A stretch of DNA of 24,828 nucleotides from a virus. Lineage: Duplodnaviria; Caudoviricetes. The stretch lies in the IMG/VR virus record IMGVR_UViG_3300009095_000070, positions 1 to 24,828 of that record; one strand, given 5' to 3'. The notes below the pieces were generated by a model that saw only the letters and a program-made list of their open reading frames with translations, was not told the origin of the DNA and made no database searches. Position 1 is the first letter of the stretch. Each line of letters opens with the position of its first letter. Shown one piece after another: positions 14,891 to 23,645 of this stretch. Made by a program: the position numbers and the translations under genes.

Positions 14891-15393
14891 CCTTTCCACC
14901 CGTGGCGCTTGGCGATCCGGTCGATGCCCTCGCGGATCTGCTCTGCGATAACCCTCGCCGCCTCTGGGCCCTTGGCTTCGGCCGCAGGGGTCAGGAACGG
15001 GCTACCGTTGGGGTTCTTCTTCGATCCGAACTCGATGAACTTCCAGTAGTAGGCCCACCCGTCGAACTCGTAGCTCTGCCCGACTCGGCCCTTGCCCCGA
15101 TTGCGCTTCGTGTTGGCGTACTTCCGGGACCGCCGCGGGATGCCGACGCTGACGTACTCATCCGCGCCCGCCCTGCGCCGCTGCCGGGCATTCATCCTGC
15201 GAGTCGCAATGCTGCGCGCCATCAGGCCGGTGTCCTTCGGGGCGCGCGAGCGAGCCTCGTCACGGATCAGGTTCGCGCCGCGACGCAGGCCGAACGCCAC
15301 GGGGGAGCGCGCGCCCTTGATCAGCTCGGGCGGCATGCGGCGCAGGGTGTCCAGCAGGCCGTCCAGGCCTTCGATGCGGACCTGGTCAGCCAT
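14887..15393 (-). CDS. HK97 gp10-like neck / tail-component protein
   Basis: IEGLD-x-L…AP-x-DTG…YYWKFIEFGS…PFL-x-PA motifs. Confidence 0.9.
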   Translation of the reverse strand: MADQVRIEGLDGLLDTLRRMPPELIKGARSPVAFGLRRGANLIRDEARSRAPKDTGLMARSIATRRMNARQRRRAGADEYVSVGIPRRSRKYANTKRNRGKGRVGQSYEFDGWAYYWKFIEFGSKKNPNGSPFLTPAAEAKGPEAARVIAEQIREGIDRIAKRHGWKG

Positions 15394-15745
15394 CTTCCCT
15401 CCCGTGCACGCACCGCAGCCGGATCTCGCGCATCGCGGTCGCGTCGAGCTCCATGTCTTGGATCGCGAACTCGGGACGGGTGCCGTTCGGCTCGCTCTCC
15501 CAGATCACGCGCATCTGGGTGTCCACACCTGGCAGCCAGCGGAAGTTGATCCGAGCGTCCGTCTCGGCGCGCTCTGCGCCGGCGGCTACGCCCTCGCGGC
15601 CAGGGCCGGTCAGCACCTCGGCCGGTACGTTCTCGTACACCGTGCCCCAGTCGCGGATCGGCAGACCGCTCAGCGGGTCGGTGCCGCCGTCGACCAGGGC
15701 ACGGAGCGTGATCAGGTGGCGGTAGCGGCCCGAACCCTTGGCCAC
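15386..15745 (-). CDS. Head-closure / head-tail adaptor (SPP1 gp16, HK97 gp7-like)
   Basis: G-R-Y-R-H-x-I-T-L…D-P-x-x-G…W…A-E-V…G-R-E…R-W-x-P-G-V-D-T-x-M-R-V pattern. Confidence 0.85.
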   Translation of the reverse strand: MAKGSGRYRHLITLRALVDGGTDPLSGLPIRDWGTVYENVPAEVLTGPGREGVAAGAERAETDARINFRWLPGVDTQMRVIWESEPNGTRPEFAIQDMELDATAMREIRLRCVHGREDG

Positions 15746-15748
15746 GGC

Positions 15749-16090
15749 TCAGACTCCCAGGCCGACACGATGCGGCCAGAGCAGCGCGTGCGCGCCCATC
15801 GGCATCTTCGTGGCGATGGTTCCGGTCACGACCTCCTCCCGGTTGTTGAACAGGTGCCCGACGATCAGCAGCACCGCGGCGCGGATCGCGTCGTTCACCA
15901 CCATCGGGTCGTCGCCGGCTGAGCCGTCCAGGACAGCAGCGGCTAACGCATCTGCGTCCGGGTACACCTTCCGGTTGAGGAAGTCCTCCGCCGCCTGCTC
16001 CGCCGCACCGACGTACAGCTCCAGCTGCGCATCGTGGTGCGGCATCGCAGCGACCTGCGCCCTCGCCTGCTCGAGCGTGACCAGGTGCAT
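15749..16090 (-). CDS. Head-tail connector (HK97 gp6-like)
   Basis: VTLEQAR…AAE-x-x-AEDFLNR…IRAAVLLIVGHLFNNRE…LLWPHR motifs. Confidence 0.92.
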   Translation of the reverse strand: MHLVTLEQARAQVAAMPHHDAQLELYVGAAEQAAEDFLNRKVYPDADALAAAVLDGSAGDDPMVVNDAIRAAVLLIVGHLFNNREEVVTGTIATKMPMGAHALLWPHRVGLGV

Positions 16091-16091
16091 G

Positions 16092-16439
16092 TCAGTCGGC
16101 CAGCGCCTTTTCCAGCGCCTCGATCACGCCCTTGCGCGCCTTGCCCTCGCGCTCGCCGGCCAGCGCAGCCTGCAGCTGGTCCCGATCGCCGATGTCGGCG
16201 GCCCATGCGACCAACTCAGGGGCGTTGCGCTCGAGCAGCTCGGGCGTGAACGCCGGGGGACGGGACGGCTCGGTGCCGCGCTTGGAGCTGTCGGTGTTGC
16301 CGCTGTTCTCGCCCAGGATCTCCACCAGCCCCTTGCGAGCCAGCTCGTCGGCCTGACGCTTGCTCCCGACGGTGAAGACCTCATTGAGTCGGCGGCTGCC
16401 GTGGTGATCGAAGCTCGCCGTTGCCTTGACCTTGTACAT
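16092..16439 (-). CDS. Hypothetical head-associated protein (possible packaging chaperone), 115 aa
   Basis: Lies between the capsid and connector genes with a GGAG SD. Two small domains joined by a polar linker, the second ending in E-x-x-G-K-x-R-K-G-V-I. Confidence 0.7.
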   Translation of the reverse strand: MYKVKATASFDHHGSRRLNEVFTVGSKRQADELARKGLVEILGENSGNTDSSKRGTEPSRPPAFTPELLERNAPELVAWAADIGDRDQLQAALAGEREGKARKGVIEALEKALAD

Positions 16440-16452
16440 GTCTGTTCTCCGG

Positions 16453-16486
16453 AGAAAAGAGAAAGGGCGGCCGAAGCCGCCCTCTC
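16453..16486 (-). terminator. Intrinsic terminator after the major capsid gene
   Basis: Minus strand reads GAGAGGGCGGC-TTCG-GCCGCCCTTTC-TCTTTT, with a C(UUCG)G loop. Confidence 0.85.
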
Positions 16487-16511
16487 GGGCTACTGCATCA
16501 AGCGAACGGGA

Positions 16512-17870
16512 TCAGGCCGCCGGCTCAGCGGGCTGGTCCAGATCCGTCATGGTCCCCTTCACGAACGCCTCGGGGCGGTACACGGTCAGCGCCAGGCGCT
16601 CCTCCATGAGGATCTTGACCATGTTCTTCACGAAGTCGCGGTCGTCCTGGGTGGCCACCATGACGTTGACGTCTTCCCGGTCGTGGATCTCGGCCGCGAT
16701 GCCGCCGCCGAACGCACCCACCAGGAACTCGCCGGCGCCCATCGACTGGGTCGGCACCACGTTGCGGCCCCACAGCGCCGGGGTGGTGATGCCGCGCGGG
16801 TTGGCGAACAGGTAGGCGTTGTCGTCGGTCTTCTGCAGCTCGATCGCCGCCCAGTCCAGCGGGCTGATCACAATGCCGTCCGCCCATGCCTCCGCCAGTT
16901 CGACCTGCAGGAGCGCCAGGCGCAGGCGGTCGATGCGGGTTTCGTTCTGGACGGTGACGCCCGGGTTCGCGTAGGTGGTCGCCTGGGTGTAGAGGCCGTC
17001 GATGTTCAGGCCAACGCCGGAGCCCTTGAGCAGCTGGGTCTCTTCCTTGAGCTTCAGGCCGTAGCGCAGTCGACCGTCGATGTAGCCACGCAGCATCGGA
17101 ATGTCCGCGAGCACCTGGCGCGACGCGTGGATCCAGTGGGCGATGGTGGCGACCGGCGCGGAGTCAGCCTCGAACGTGATGTCCGACTCCGGCTTCAGGC
17201 CGGTCGGGTTCTCCTCGACCACATCCGCGTTGTTGGTGTACCCGGTCTCCCGGACGAACTCGATCGAGGGTGCGGAGGTCCGCACGACGTTGAGCATGTC
17301 GCGGATGGTCAGGCGACGCATGCCGGGCGCGATGATGCCGTCCCGGCGCTTCGGAACGATCAGGTCACCAGCCGACGCCTCGTCGGTGGTCAGCACCGCC
17401 TTGACGTCCATGTGGAGCTTGCTGCCACCGCCACCGGACGCGCGCGCGGCCCACGCCTGGAACTCCTCGTTTTCCGTGAGCTGCTCGCCCATGGACTGCG
17501 GCCCGGCGTACTGGCCGCCGCCCTGCTCCAGCTTGGCGACCAGCTGCTCGGCCGACTGCAGGCGAGCCTGCAGCTCGCCCTGCTGCGTCAGCAGCTTGTC
17601 CACGTTTTCGCGGGTCTCTTCGGAGAGCTTGGCGTGCGCCTTGATCTCCTTCTGGGCGTCTTCGGCCTGCGACTTGATCTGGTCACTGATCTTGTCGAGC
17701 TCGGCCTTGATGGCGTCCGGCAGCGCCGCGGCCGCGACCGGCGCCATCAGGAGGCCCTCGGGGTTACCCATCAGGTGGGTGACCAGGCCCGTGCCTGCGA
17801 CGGCGTCGACGGTCACGAACATCAGGGCCAGCGCAGTCAGCGCCAGCGAGAGTACGAACTTGCTCTTCAT
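16512..17870 (-). CDS. Major capsid protein, HK97 fold, with coiled-coil delta domain and hydrophobic N-terminal extension
   Basis: KPESDITF…TIAHWIHASRQVLAD…LWGRNVV…DFVKNMVKILMEERLALTVYRPEAFV motifs. GAGG SD. Confidence 0.96.
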   Translation of the reverse strand: MKSKFVLSLALTALALMFVTVDAVAGTGLVTHLMGNPEGLLMAPVAAAALPDAIKAELDKISDQIKSQAEDAQKEIKAHAKLSEETRENVDKLLTQQGELQARLQSAEQLVAKLEQGGGQYAGPQSMGEQLTENEEFQAWAARASGGGGSKLHMDVKAVLTTDEASAGDLIVPKRRDGIIAPGMRRLTIRDMLNVVRTSAPSIEFVRETGYTNNADVVEENPTGLKPESDITFEADSAPVATIAHWIHASRQVLADIPMLRGYIDGRLRYGLKLKEETQLLKGSGVGLNIDGLYTQATTYANPGVTVQNETRIDRLRLALLQVELAEAWADGIVISPLDWAAIELQKTDDNAYLFANPRGITTPALWGRNVVPTQSMGAGEFLVGAFGGGIAAEIHDREDVNVMVATQDDRDFVKNMVKILMEERLALTVYRPEAFVKGTMTDLDQPAEPAA

Positions 17871-17878
17871 GGTGTGCC

Positions 17879-18760
17879 TCAGTGGGTTGGAAGGGAGAAA
17901 GACTTGAGCGCGGCCAGGATTTCCGCTTCGCTCGGTACAGCTGCGGCCGGATCGCCCTGGCCGTGATCGGTGGGATCGCCCTCACCGCTGCCGGCCGGGT
18001 CACCCAGGCCGGACTTGAACTCGCTGATCAGCTTCATGGCCTCGCTCTTCGGCATGCCGGAGGCGCGCAGTGCGGCCTCGATCCGGCGCACCGCGGAGGC
18101 GCTGGCTTTGCCGCCGCCCTTCTCGACCTGGTCGGAGGGCAGCAGCTCGTCGGCGAAGCCTTCCTCGATGGCGTCGCTTCCGCCGATCCAGGTCTCCGCG
18201 TCCATGAGCTTGGCCATGGCTTTCTGGTCCTGGCCGGTCCGCGCGGCGTAGATGTCCGCCATCGCCCGATCGAAGGGCTCGAGGGTGTCTGCGTACTCGC
18301 GCAGGTCGTTGCGGTTCCCCATCGCTACGACCCAGGCGTTGTGGATCATCAGGAAGCCTGCGCGGGCGATCTGGACCGTGTCGCCGGCCATGGCGATGAC
18401 CGACGCGGCCGAAGCCGCCAGGCCGAGGATCTTCACGGTGACCTCGCCCTCGTGCTCGCGCAGGAGGTTGTAGATCGCCAGGCCCTCGAACATGTCGCCG
18501 CCGGGGCTGTTGATGTTGACCGTGACCGGCCCCTTGCCGAGGCTCCGCAGCGCGCCCGCGATGCGCTTGGCGGTGACCCCCTCGCCCGACCAGTAGTCGT
18601 AGCCGATGACGTCGTACACGCTGATGGAGCGATCGGTCTCCTCGGAGGCGGCGGCGCGGACGCCGGGGTTCCAGCGGTCCAGCGCGCGCGGCTGGAGCTG
18701 GCTGCTGACGCCGGCGCACACGCGCCCCTCCGGCGCGCCCGGCAGCTTCTTGATCGTCAT
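17879..18760 (-). CDS. ClpP-type prohead maturation protease
   Basis: INSPGG, GLAASAASVI (catalytic Ser), MIHNAW (His) and ETW…A…GFAD motifs. Start reassigned to ATG 18760. Confidence 0.95.
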   Translation of the reverse strand: MTIKKLPGAPEGRVCAGVSSQLQPRALDRWNPGVRAAASEETDRSISVYDVIGYDYWSGEGVTAKRIAGALRSLGKGPVTVNINSPGGDMFEGLAIYNLLREHEGEVTVKILGLAASAASVIAMAGDTVQIARAGFLMIHNAWVVAMGNRNDLREYADTLEPFDRAMADIYAARTGQDQKAMAKLMDAETWIGGSDAIEEGFADELLPSDQVEKGGGKASASAVRRIEAALRASGMPKSEAMKLISEFKSGLGDPAGSGEGDPTDHGQGDPAAAVPSEAEILAALKSFSLPTH

Positions 18761-18764
18761 GGGG

Positions 18765-20042
18765 TCAGTCCTTCTGGGGGTCTTCTTCGAAGCCCAGGAA
18801 CGCGCGGATCGCAGCCCTGGCCTGATTGGCATCGGACGCCTGCCCGATCCCGTCGAGCGTGGTCATAGCGCTCTGGACCGTCAGCACCGCGGCGTTGCCG
18901 CCCATCGGCTCGCGGTCCTCGAGCTCGCGCACTTCGTCGCGGGTGAGGATTCCGTTGTTCACCATCGCGGTGTAGAACGCGGCGCGGCCGGCGCTGTCAG
19001 CGCGCAGCAGGCCCTCCACGGCGAACTTCGGGTAGTAGCGCGTGCGCTCCGCCGGCGTCAGCAGGTCCTTCTTGATCGCCTGCTCGATCCGGCGCAGCCA
19101 CGGCGCCAGAGTGAACGTCAGGAACCAGATCATCTTCTGCTCCAGCCCGGTGCCCCAGTTCGAATCCTTCTGCCCATGTCCGACCAGCGCGGCGTCCACG
19201 CGGAACCAGCGGCAGACCTCTTCGACACTGAACGCCCGGGATTCCAGCAGCTGCGAGTCCGAAGGCTTGATGCCGATCGTGCCGACGTCAGTGCCGCCCT
19301 CGAGCAGCGGCGTCTCGCCGCGCTCCACGGCGCCCAGGACGTTTTTCTTGAACTCTGCCCGCTGGGCAGGCTTCAGGAACTGCGCGATCTTGTAGTAGAC
19401 CGTCTGCAGCATCCCGTTGCTGAAGGTGCGAGCCGCCGCGCGGTCCGCGGCGATGGCACCACCGAACACGTGCGCGCCGTACTGGATCACCGAGACGCCG
19501 TTCTTGCCGTCGAGCGTGAAACCCGGAATCTCCCAGATGCGGTCGCGCGGAATGACCCGCTGCCGTCCATCGTCTTCGGTGTAGCGCCACTCCTTCTTGC
19601 CACGGCTGTCCCGTGACCAGGTGAGGCGATCAGGATTGAGGAAGGACAGGCCGACCAGGCGCCCGCCGATCATCAGCTTCTCCGCTCGGCCGGCGCCGCG
19701 CAGCAGCATCGCCGCGACCATCGCTTCCCAGAAGATCGAGGCGGTCGTGTCCAGGTTCGGCTGGTCGTGGATCATGAAGTGCAGCGGGTGCTGCGGTGCC
19801 ACGCGCTTGCCGGCGCTGGTCTTCTCGAAGATCGACAGCGGCAGCGTGGCGATCGTCTCCGAGATCAGGCGCACGCAGGCCCAGACAGCGGAGACCTGCA
19901 TGGCGGTGGCCGCGGTCACGCTGACCCCCGCCGGGTTGGTCACCGGGGACCAGCCGTCAGCATCAGTCAGCGACAGCGGAATTCCCAGCCACTCGCGCAC
20001 GGACGCCGCAATCCGGCCGGTCTTCTTCTGTCGTGCCTTCAT
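18765..20042 (-). CDS. Portal protein, HK97 family
   Basis: SAVWACVRLISETIATLPL…QLLESRAFSVEEVCRWFRV…L-x-PWL-x-RIEQ…EGLLRAD…EVRELE motifs. Confidence 0.96.
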   Translation of the reverse strand: MKARQKKTGRIAASVREWLGIPLSLTDADGWSPVTNPAGVSVTAATAMQVSAVWACVRLISETIATLPLSIFEKTSAGKRVAPQHPLHFMIHDQPNLDTTASIFWEAMVAAMLLRGAGRAEKLMIGGRLVGLSFLNPDRLTWSRDSRGKKEWRYTEDDGRQRVIPRDRIWEIPGFTLDGKNGVSVIQYGAHVFGGAIAADRAAARTFSNGMLQTVYYKIAQFLKPAQRAEFKKNVLGAVERGETPLLEGGTDVGTIGIKPSDSQLLESRAFSVEEVCRWFRVDAALVGHGQKDSNWGTGLEQKMIWFLTFTLAPWLRRIEQAIKKDLLTPAERTRYYPKFAVEGLLRADSAGRAAFYTAMVNNGILTRDEVRELEDREPMGGNAAVLTVQSAMTTLDGIGQASDANQARAAIRAFLGFEEDPQKD

Positions 20043-21727
20043 GCGCTCGCCTTCGCCAGATTGCCAAGCCAGTCATCCATGCCGCCGCGTGCCTCCGGGT
20101 TCCGCCCCATGAGCTCGACGGCATCGAACAGCGCCATCAGGGGATCGATCTTTGCCGTACCGCTCGCGGCCTTCGTGATGTTCACTGCGTTGCCCACCGG
20201 CACCGTCTTCGCGTTCCCGACGCACCAGTCCATGAGGGGCTGGCCGCCGTGCACCAGCACGCCCTGGGCGAGCTTTCGCTCCGCCGTCTTGATCGCGCCG
20301 CTCATCCGCCAGCCCTGCGAGATGCCGACGACCTTGTCCTCCGGCACGCCGGCGCCGGCCAGTTCGTCGAGGATCGTCCCCAGACCGGCCGGGTCGACGC
20401 CCACCTGGTCCAGTAGGCCGCTCTCCTCGACCTGCGCGACGATCTCCACCAACTCGGCGGTGTCGTCGCCCACGTTCTTGACCAGCACCAGGTCGCCGTC
20501 CGCCTCGAAGCCCTCCAGCGCCTGCGCGATCTGCTTGCGCAGGTCCAGCACGGACTTGTGCGCCCAGGCACGGCTCCACGCCAGCCACCGGTGCGTCTCG
20601 CGCTCCCGGCCGATCACAGCCAACCCCAGCAGGTCGTCCAGACCGCCGCCGTCGATCCCGACGGTGACCACCTCCGACCGCTCGAGCAGTTCGTCCAGCG
20701 TCAGCCCGGGCACCCGGGCCGCGGCCTCCCAGTGCTGCGCGCCCACCCAGCCGGCGGCATGCAGCGCCACCCCGATTTGCAGGTTCAGGTGCTGCGAGGC
20801 CCAAGTCCGCAGCTCCGCCTCGCTGGTGTCCTTCGCCTCTCGGTAGTCCGACACCAGCCGGTCGATCGTGATCGACTTGCCGTCGTTCGGGGTCACCAGC
20901 GGCCACAGCTCCCGCTTCTCCCACTGCCGCTCGCGGGACTCCTGGACCTCCTTCGGGAACTCGAACAGCACCGGCAGCATCGCGCCCTCGCGCTTGCCGT
21001 CGCGAATGTCGCGGGCCTTCTGCAGCTCGTCGGCGAAGATCCCGGCCGGGGCGTCGTCGCTCTGCGTGGTGATGAACGCCATGAAGGCGCCCGGGTACGG
21101 CAGCATGCCGCCGCGCACCTGCCGCAGCGCCTTCGGGGCCTTGCCCATCTTCGCGCACACGTGCAGCTCGTCGATCAGGGCGCCGCCGCTGATCTTCTGG
21201 CCAGTCAGCACCGCCGGGTCGAAGGTCATGATCTCCAGCTCGGCCTTCGTCACGCGGTCGACGATGGTCTTCAGGTGGTGCCGGACGTGGAACTTCTTGG
21301 ACAGCACCGGGTCGAGGTCGATCGCGCCGGCCGCGGCGTCGAACGCCAGCTGCGCCACGTCCTGCACCGGGGCCGTCATCACGAAGCTGGCGCGCGGCCG
21401 CTGATTGAGCAGCAACGCGGTCAGCATCATCAGCGCCCCGTTGGTGGTCTTGGAGTTCTTCTTCGGGACCAGGGCGAACAGCTCGCGGATCATCCGCTGG
21501 CCGGTCACCGGATCCACGCACCCGAACATCGCCCGCACGATGTCGCGGAACCACTCGCCGCCGGCCTCCGCCATCGTCGGCGTGCCCGGCACGTCCGCCA
21601 GGCGCAACCGGTTGAACACCTGGACCGCGCGCTCACCCTCCTCCGCCCACAGCGGCAGGTCAGGCACCAGCGAGCGCCCCGACTGGAGGCGATCCCACCA
21701 GTCAGGGCAGCTCAGGTCCCAGCTCAT
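20039..21727 (-). CDS. terL: Terminase large subunit
   Basis: Walker A variant VPKKNSKTT, Walker B ALIDELH, coupling motif ITT, nuclease motifs GIDGGGLDDL and KIDPLMAL. Confidence 0.96.
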   Translation of the reverse strand: MSWDLSCPDWWDRLQSGRSLVPDLPLWAEEGERAVQVFNRLRLADVPGTPTMAEAGGEWFRDIVRAMFGCVDPVTGQRMIRELFALVPKKNSKTTNGALMMLTALLLNQRPRASFVMTAPVQDVAQLAFDAAAGAIDLDPVLSKKFHVRHHLKTIVDRVTKAELEIMTFDPAVLTGQKISGGALIDELHVCAKMGKAPKALRQVRGGMLPYPGAFMAFITTQSDDAPAGIFADELQKARDIRDGKREGAMLPVLFEFPKEVQESRERQWEKRELWPLVTPNDGKSITIDRLVSDYREAKDTSEAELRTWASQHLNLQIGVALHAAGWVGAQHWEAAARVPGLTLDELLERSEVVTVGIDGGGLDDLLGLAVIGRERETHRWLAWSRAWAHKSVLDLRKQIAQALEGFEADGDLVLVKNVGDDTAELVEIVAQVEESGLLDQVGVDPAGLGTILDELAGAGVPEDKVVGISQGWRMSGAIKTAERKLAQGVLVHGGQPLMDWCVGNAKTVPVGNAVNITKAASGTAKIDPLMALFDAVELMGRNPEARGGMDDWLGNLAKASA

Positions 21728-22149
21728 GCCCGCATCGGCACCACGTTGCCGGACGGCAGCAGGTCGCCCCAGTCCGTACCCTCCGCCGCGGTGACCGCGT
21801 CACGGTTGGCCTGCTCCTTCTTCCCGACAGCCTCGGGCTTCTCCGACTCCTCGGGCGGCGCCGCGAACGTCGGCACCGTCGCCGCGTAGGCGCGCTGGGC
21901 GGACACGTTGCCCTTGAGCGCGGCCTTGTGCATCGCCTCGAACACTTCCATGCGCCGCTTCAGCGCGACCTCGGACAGCTCGACCTCGAAGTGCTTGGCC
22001 AGGGTGGGCCGCGAGATGCCGAGGGCGATCGCGATCTCCTCGTGCGTCATCCCGGCTCCGGCCGCGATCGACACCTTCCGGCGCATCGCTGCCGTGGGCT
22101 TGAAGGGCGGTCGCCCGACCTTCTTCGCCGTTGTTCCATTTCTTGACAT
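21724..22149 (-). CDS. terS: Terminase small subunit
   Basis: GRPPFKPT and HTH (THEEIAIALGISRPTLAKHF-x-x-EL), A-x-x-G-N-V-S-A-Q. ATGA overlap with terL. Confidence 0.88.
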   Translation of the reverse strand: MSRNGTTAKKVGRPPFKPTAAMRRKVSIAAGAGMTHEEIAIALGISRPTLAKHFEVELSEVALKRRMEVFEAMHKAALKGNVSAQRAYAATVPTFAAPPEESEKPEAVGKKEQANRDAVTAAEGTDWGDLLPSGNVVPMRA

Positions 22150-22254
22150 AAAGACCGCTCCGCCGTGATTTCACTGGCGCAAAAAAAACTCTGCGTGAGG
22201 GGGCGCTCGTATCGCTGGGCCCGGTCGGCCCGAACTTTTGACCCCCCCCTGTCC
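22150..22254. other. Predicted cos / packaging initiation region
   Basis: Non-coding gap between HNH and terS with a G8-TCAAAAG tract (minus strand, about 22235-22249) and an A-tract. This is the position of cos in HK97-like phages. Confidence 0.5.
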
Positions 22255-22602
22255 TCAGCGCTGACTCTCAGCCCGACGCACGTTCCCGAACCCGCCGTCC
22301 TCTGTCGCCGTCTTGGCGCTGTGGCACGGCACGCACAGGGTCTGCCAGTTGCTGCCGTCCTCGGGGTTGTGGCTGCTGTCCCCGTCGATGTGGTCCACGT
22401 GGGCCTCACCCTTCCCTCCCACGATGCGACCGCACCGCTGGCAGGTGTACAGGTCCCGCAGGAGCACCTGCTCCCGTATGCGGCGCCACTCCGTGCTGTT
22501 GGTGGCCAGGGCGCGGGTGGCCTGCCTGTCCGGCACGGACGTGCGCAGGCGCGGCGCCACGGTGGCAACGCGCGCCCGCAGCGTGGTGACGCGGCGGCTC
22601 AT
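22255..22602 (-). CDS. HNH endonuclease (HK97 gp74-like terminase cofactor)
   Basis: W-x-x-I-R-x-x-VL-x-RD-x-x-x-C-x-x-C…VDHI…N-x-Q-T-L-C-x-x-CH-x-x-KT pattern. Start at ATG 22602 (ATGA overlap). Confidence 0.93.
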   Translation of the reverse strand: MSRRVTTLRARVATVAPRLRTSVPDRQATRALATNSTEWRRIREQVLLRDLYTCQRCGRIVGGKGEAHVDHIDGDSSHNPEDGSNWQTLCVPCHSAKTATEDGGFGNVRRAESQR

Positions 22603-22889
22603 TCGGTGACCGGGTTCCCGTCCATGTCGGTTTCCGCCTGCTCCTGCTTGTCCGGCACCGGCGTGCCCAGCTCCTCCTCCAGGAGCATGGCCACGCACTG
22701 GGCCAGCGCGCCCACCGACTCCGCCAGCGCCTGGACGCTCGCCTGGTGCGCCTTCACGGCCTCCACGAGCGCGGCCACGTCCGGGGAGCGCTCAGGGTCC
22801 ATCTCGCTAACCGTGGTCCCGGGGTTCGCCTTGGCGTACTCCTCGGACACGTACTCGCCGGTGCTGGCGTCTCGGTGCTTGCGGCTCAT
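22599..22889 (-). CDS. Hypothetical protein (96 aa)
   Basis: GGAGGAG SD and ATGA overlaps at both ends. N-terminal RDASTGEYVSEEYAKANPGTTVSE motif followed by a coiled coil. Confidence 0.75.
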   Translation of the reverse strand: MSRKHRDASTGEYVSEEYAKANPGTTVSEMDPERSPDVAALVEAVKAHQASVQALAESVGALAQCVAMLLEEELGTPVPDKQEQAETDMDGNPVTE

Positions 22890-23182
22890 GACTCCTCCAC
22901 CCAGGCCACGAGGATGTGCTCGCAGCCCAGCATCAGGGCCGCCACGTACTCGTGCCGGCCGTCGTGTATCTCGAACCTGTCGCCGCCCCACTTCCCTACC
23001 GGGCAGGGCCACGGCTGGGCAGGCGCGCACCCGATGCGCCGGCGGTAGGCCGCCTCCACGTCGCCGACTGCCATGCGGGCCTTGCAGGCCAGGCGCACGT
23101 CGTGGACCGGGACGTACCCGGTGCGGACCGTGGCGCCTGGCGGGACGGCCAGACCGCGGTCCTCAGCGATCAGCAGGGGCAA
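22886..23182 (-). CDS. Small ParB/sulfiredoxin-like domain protein (98 aa)
   Basis: P-x-P-x-P-V…F-E-I-H-DG-R-H-E-Y-V-A-A-x-x-L-G-x-x-x-I-x-V resembles the ParB-N hhDGxHR motif. Confidence 0.65.
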   Translation of the reverse strand: MPLLIAEDRGLAVPPGATVRTGYVPVHDVRLACKARMAVGDVEAAYRRRIGCAPAQPWPCPVGKWGGDRFEIHDGRHEYVAALMLGCEHILVAWVEES

Positions 23183-23645
23183 CGGACAGGTACTCGCGAA
23201 TCACACCCTGCAGCCCTCTCACCTGGGCGTCGCACTCGACGGCTGCTCGAACAATTCGGCCCGCACTTTCTTCTCGGTCTCGCTCGGCTGCATCAGGCTC
23301 GCCGGCGGAGGCGTCAAGGCCGGGCATGTGGGGCTCGGGACAGCCGCGCCACTGCTCGCGCAACCGGACATTGCCAGCGCGCAGGTCAGCGATAGTGCGG
23401 TCAGCGACGGCTTGTGCATCCTTCCTCTCCTGCTCGTATTCGGCGGCCAGCTCGTACATGCGCTGGGCTCGCACCTGCTCGGCCTCCCGGCGGCGCTCGC
23501 TGGTCCGCAGCGCGTCCTCGGTGGCGCGCAGTTCCCGCTGCACCAGCTCGAGGCCCGCCTTGGCGTCCAGCGCGCTGCCCCGGTACGTAAGGGCCACCAC
23601 CACCGCGACCAGGAACCCGACCAGCAGTGCGATCGTCAGCCTCAT
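23163..23645 (-). CDS. Inner-membrane spanin (Rz-like), 160 aa
   Basis: N-terminal transmembrane helix, coiled coil, ADLRAGNVRLR…C and C-D-A-Q-V-x-G-L-Q motifs. ATGA overlap at 23642-23645. Confidence 0.9.
   Translation of the reverse strand: MRLTIALLVGFLVAVVVALTYRGSALDAKAGLELVQRELRATEDALRTSERRREAEQVRAQRMYELAAEYEQERKDAQAVADRTIADLRAGNVRLREQWRGCPEPHMPGLDASAGEPDAAERDREESAGRIVRAAVECDAQVRGLQGVIREYLSVAPADR
23219..23419 (-). CDS. Outer-membrane spanin lipoprotein (Rz1-like), fully embedded in Rz
   Basis: Signal peptide with lipobox (LAMSG-C) and Pro-rich CPALTPPPASLMQP, in a different frame inside Rz. Confidence 0.88.
   Translation of the reverse strand: MHKPSLTALSLTCALAMSGCASSGAAVPSPTCPALTPPPASLMQPSETEKKVRAELFEQPSSATPR

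Noticed and set aside
17930-18015. GDP tripeptide repeated three times in the protease C-terminal tail
   Set aside because: It is a short low-complexity linker, as is common in ClpP-type prohead proteases, with no evidence of a separate function.
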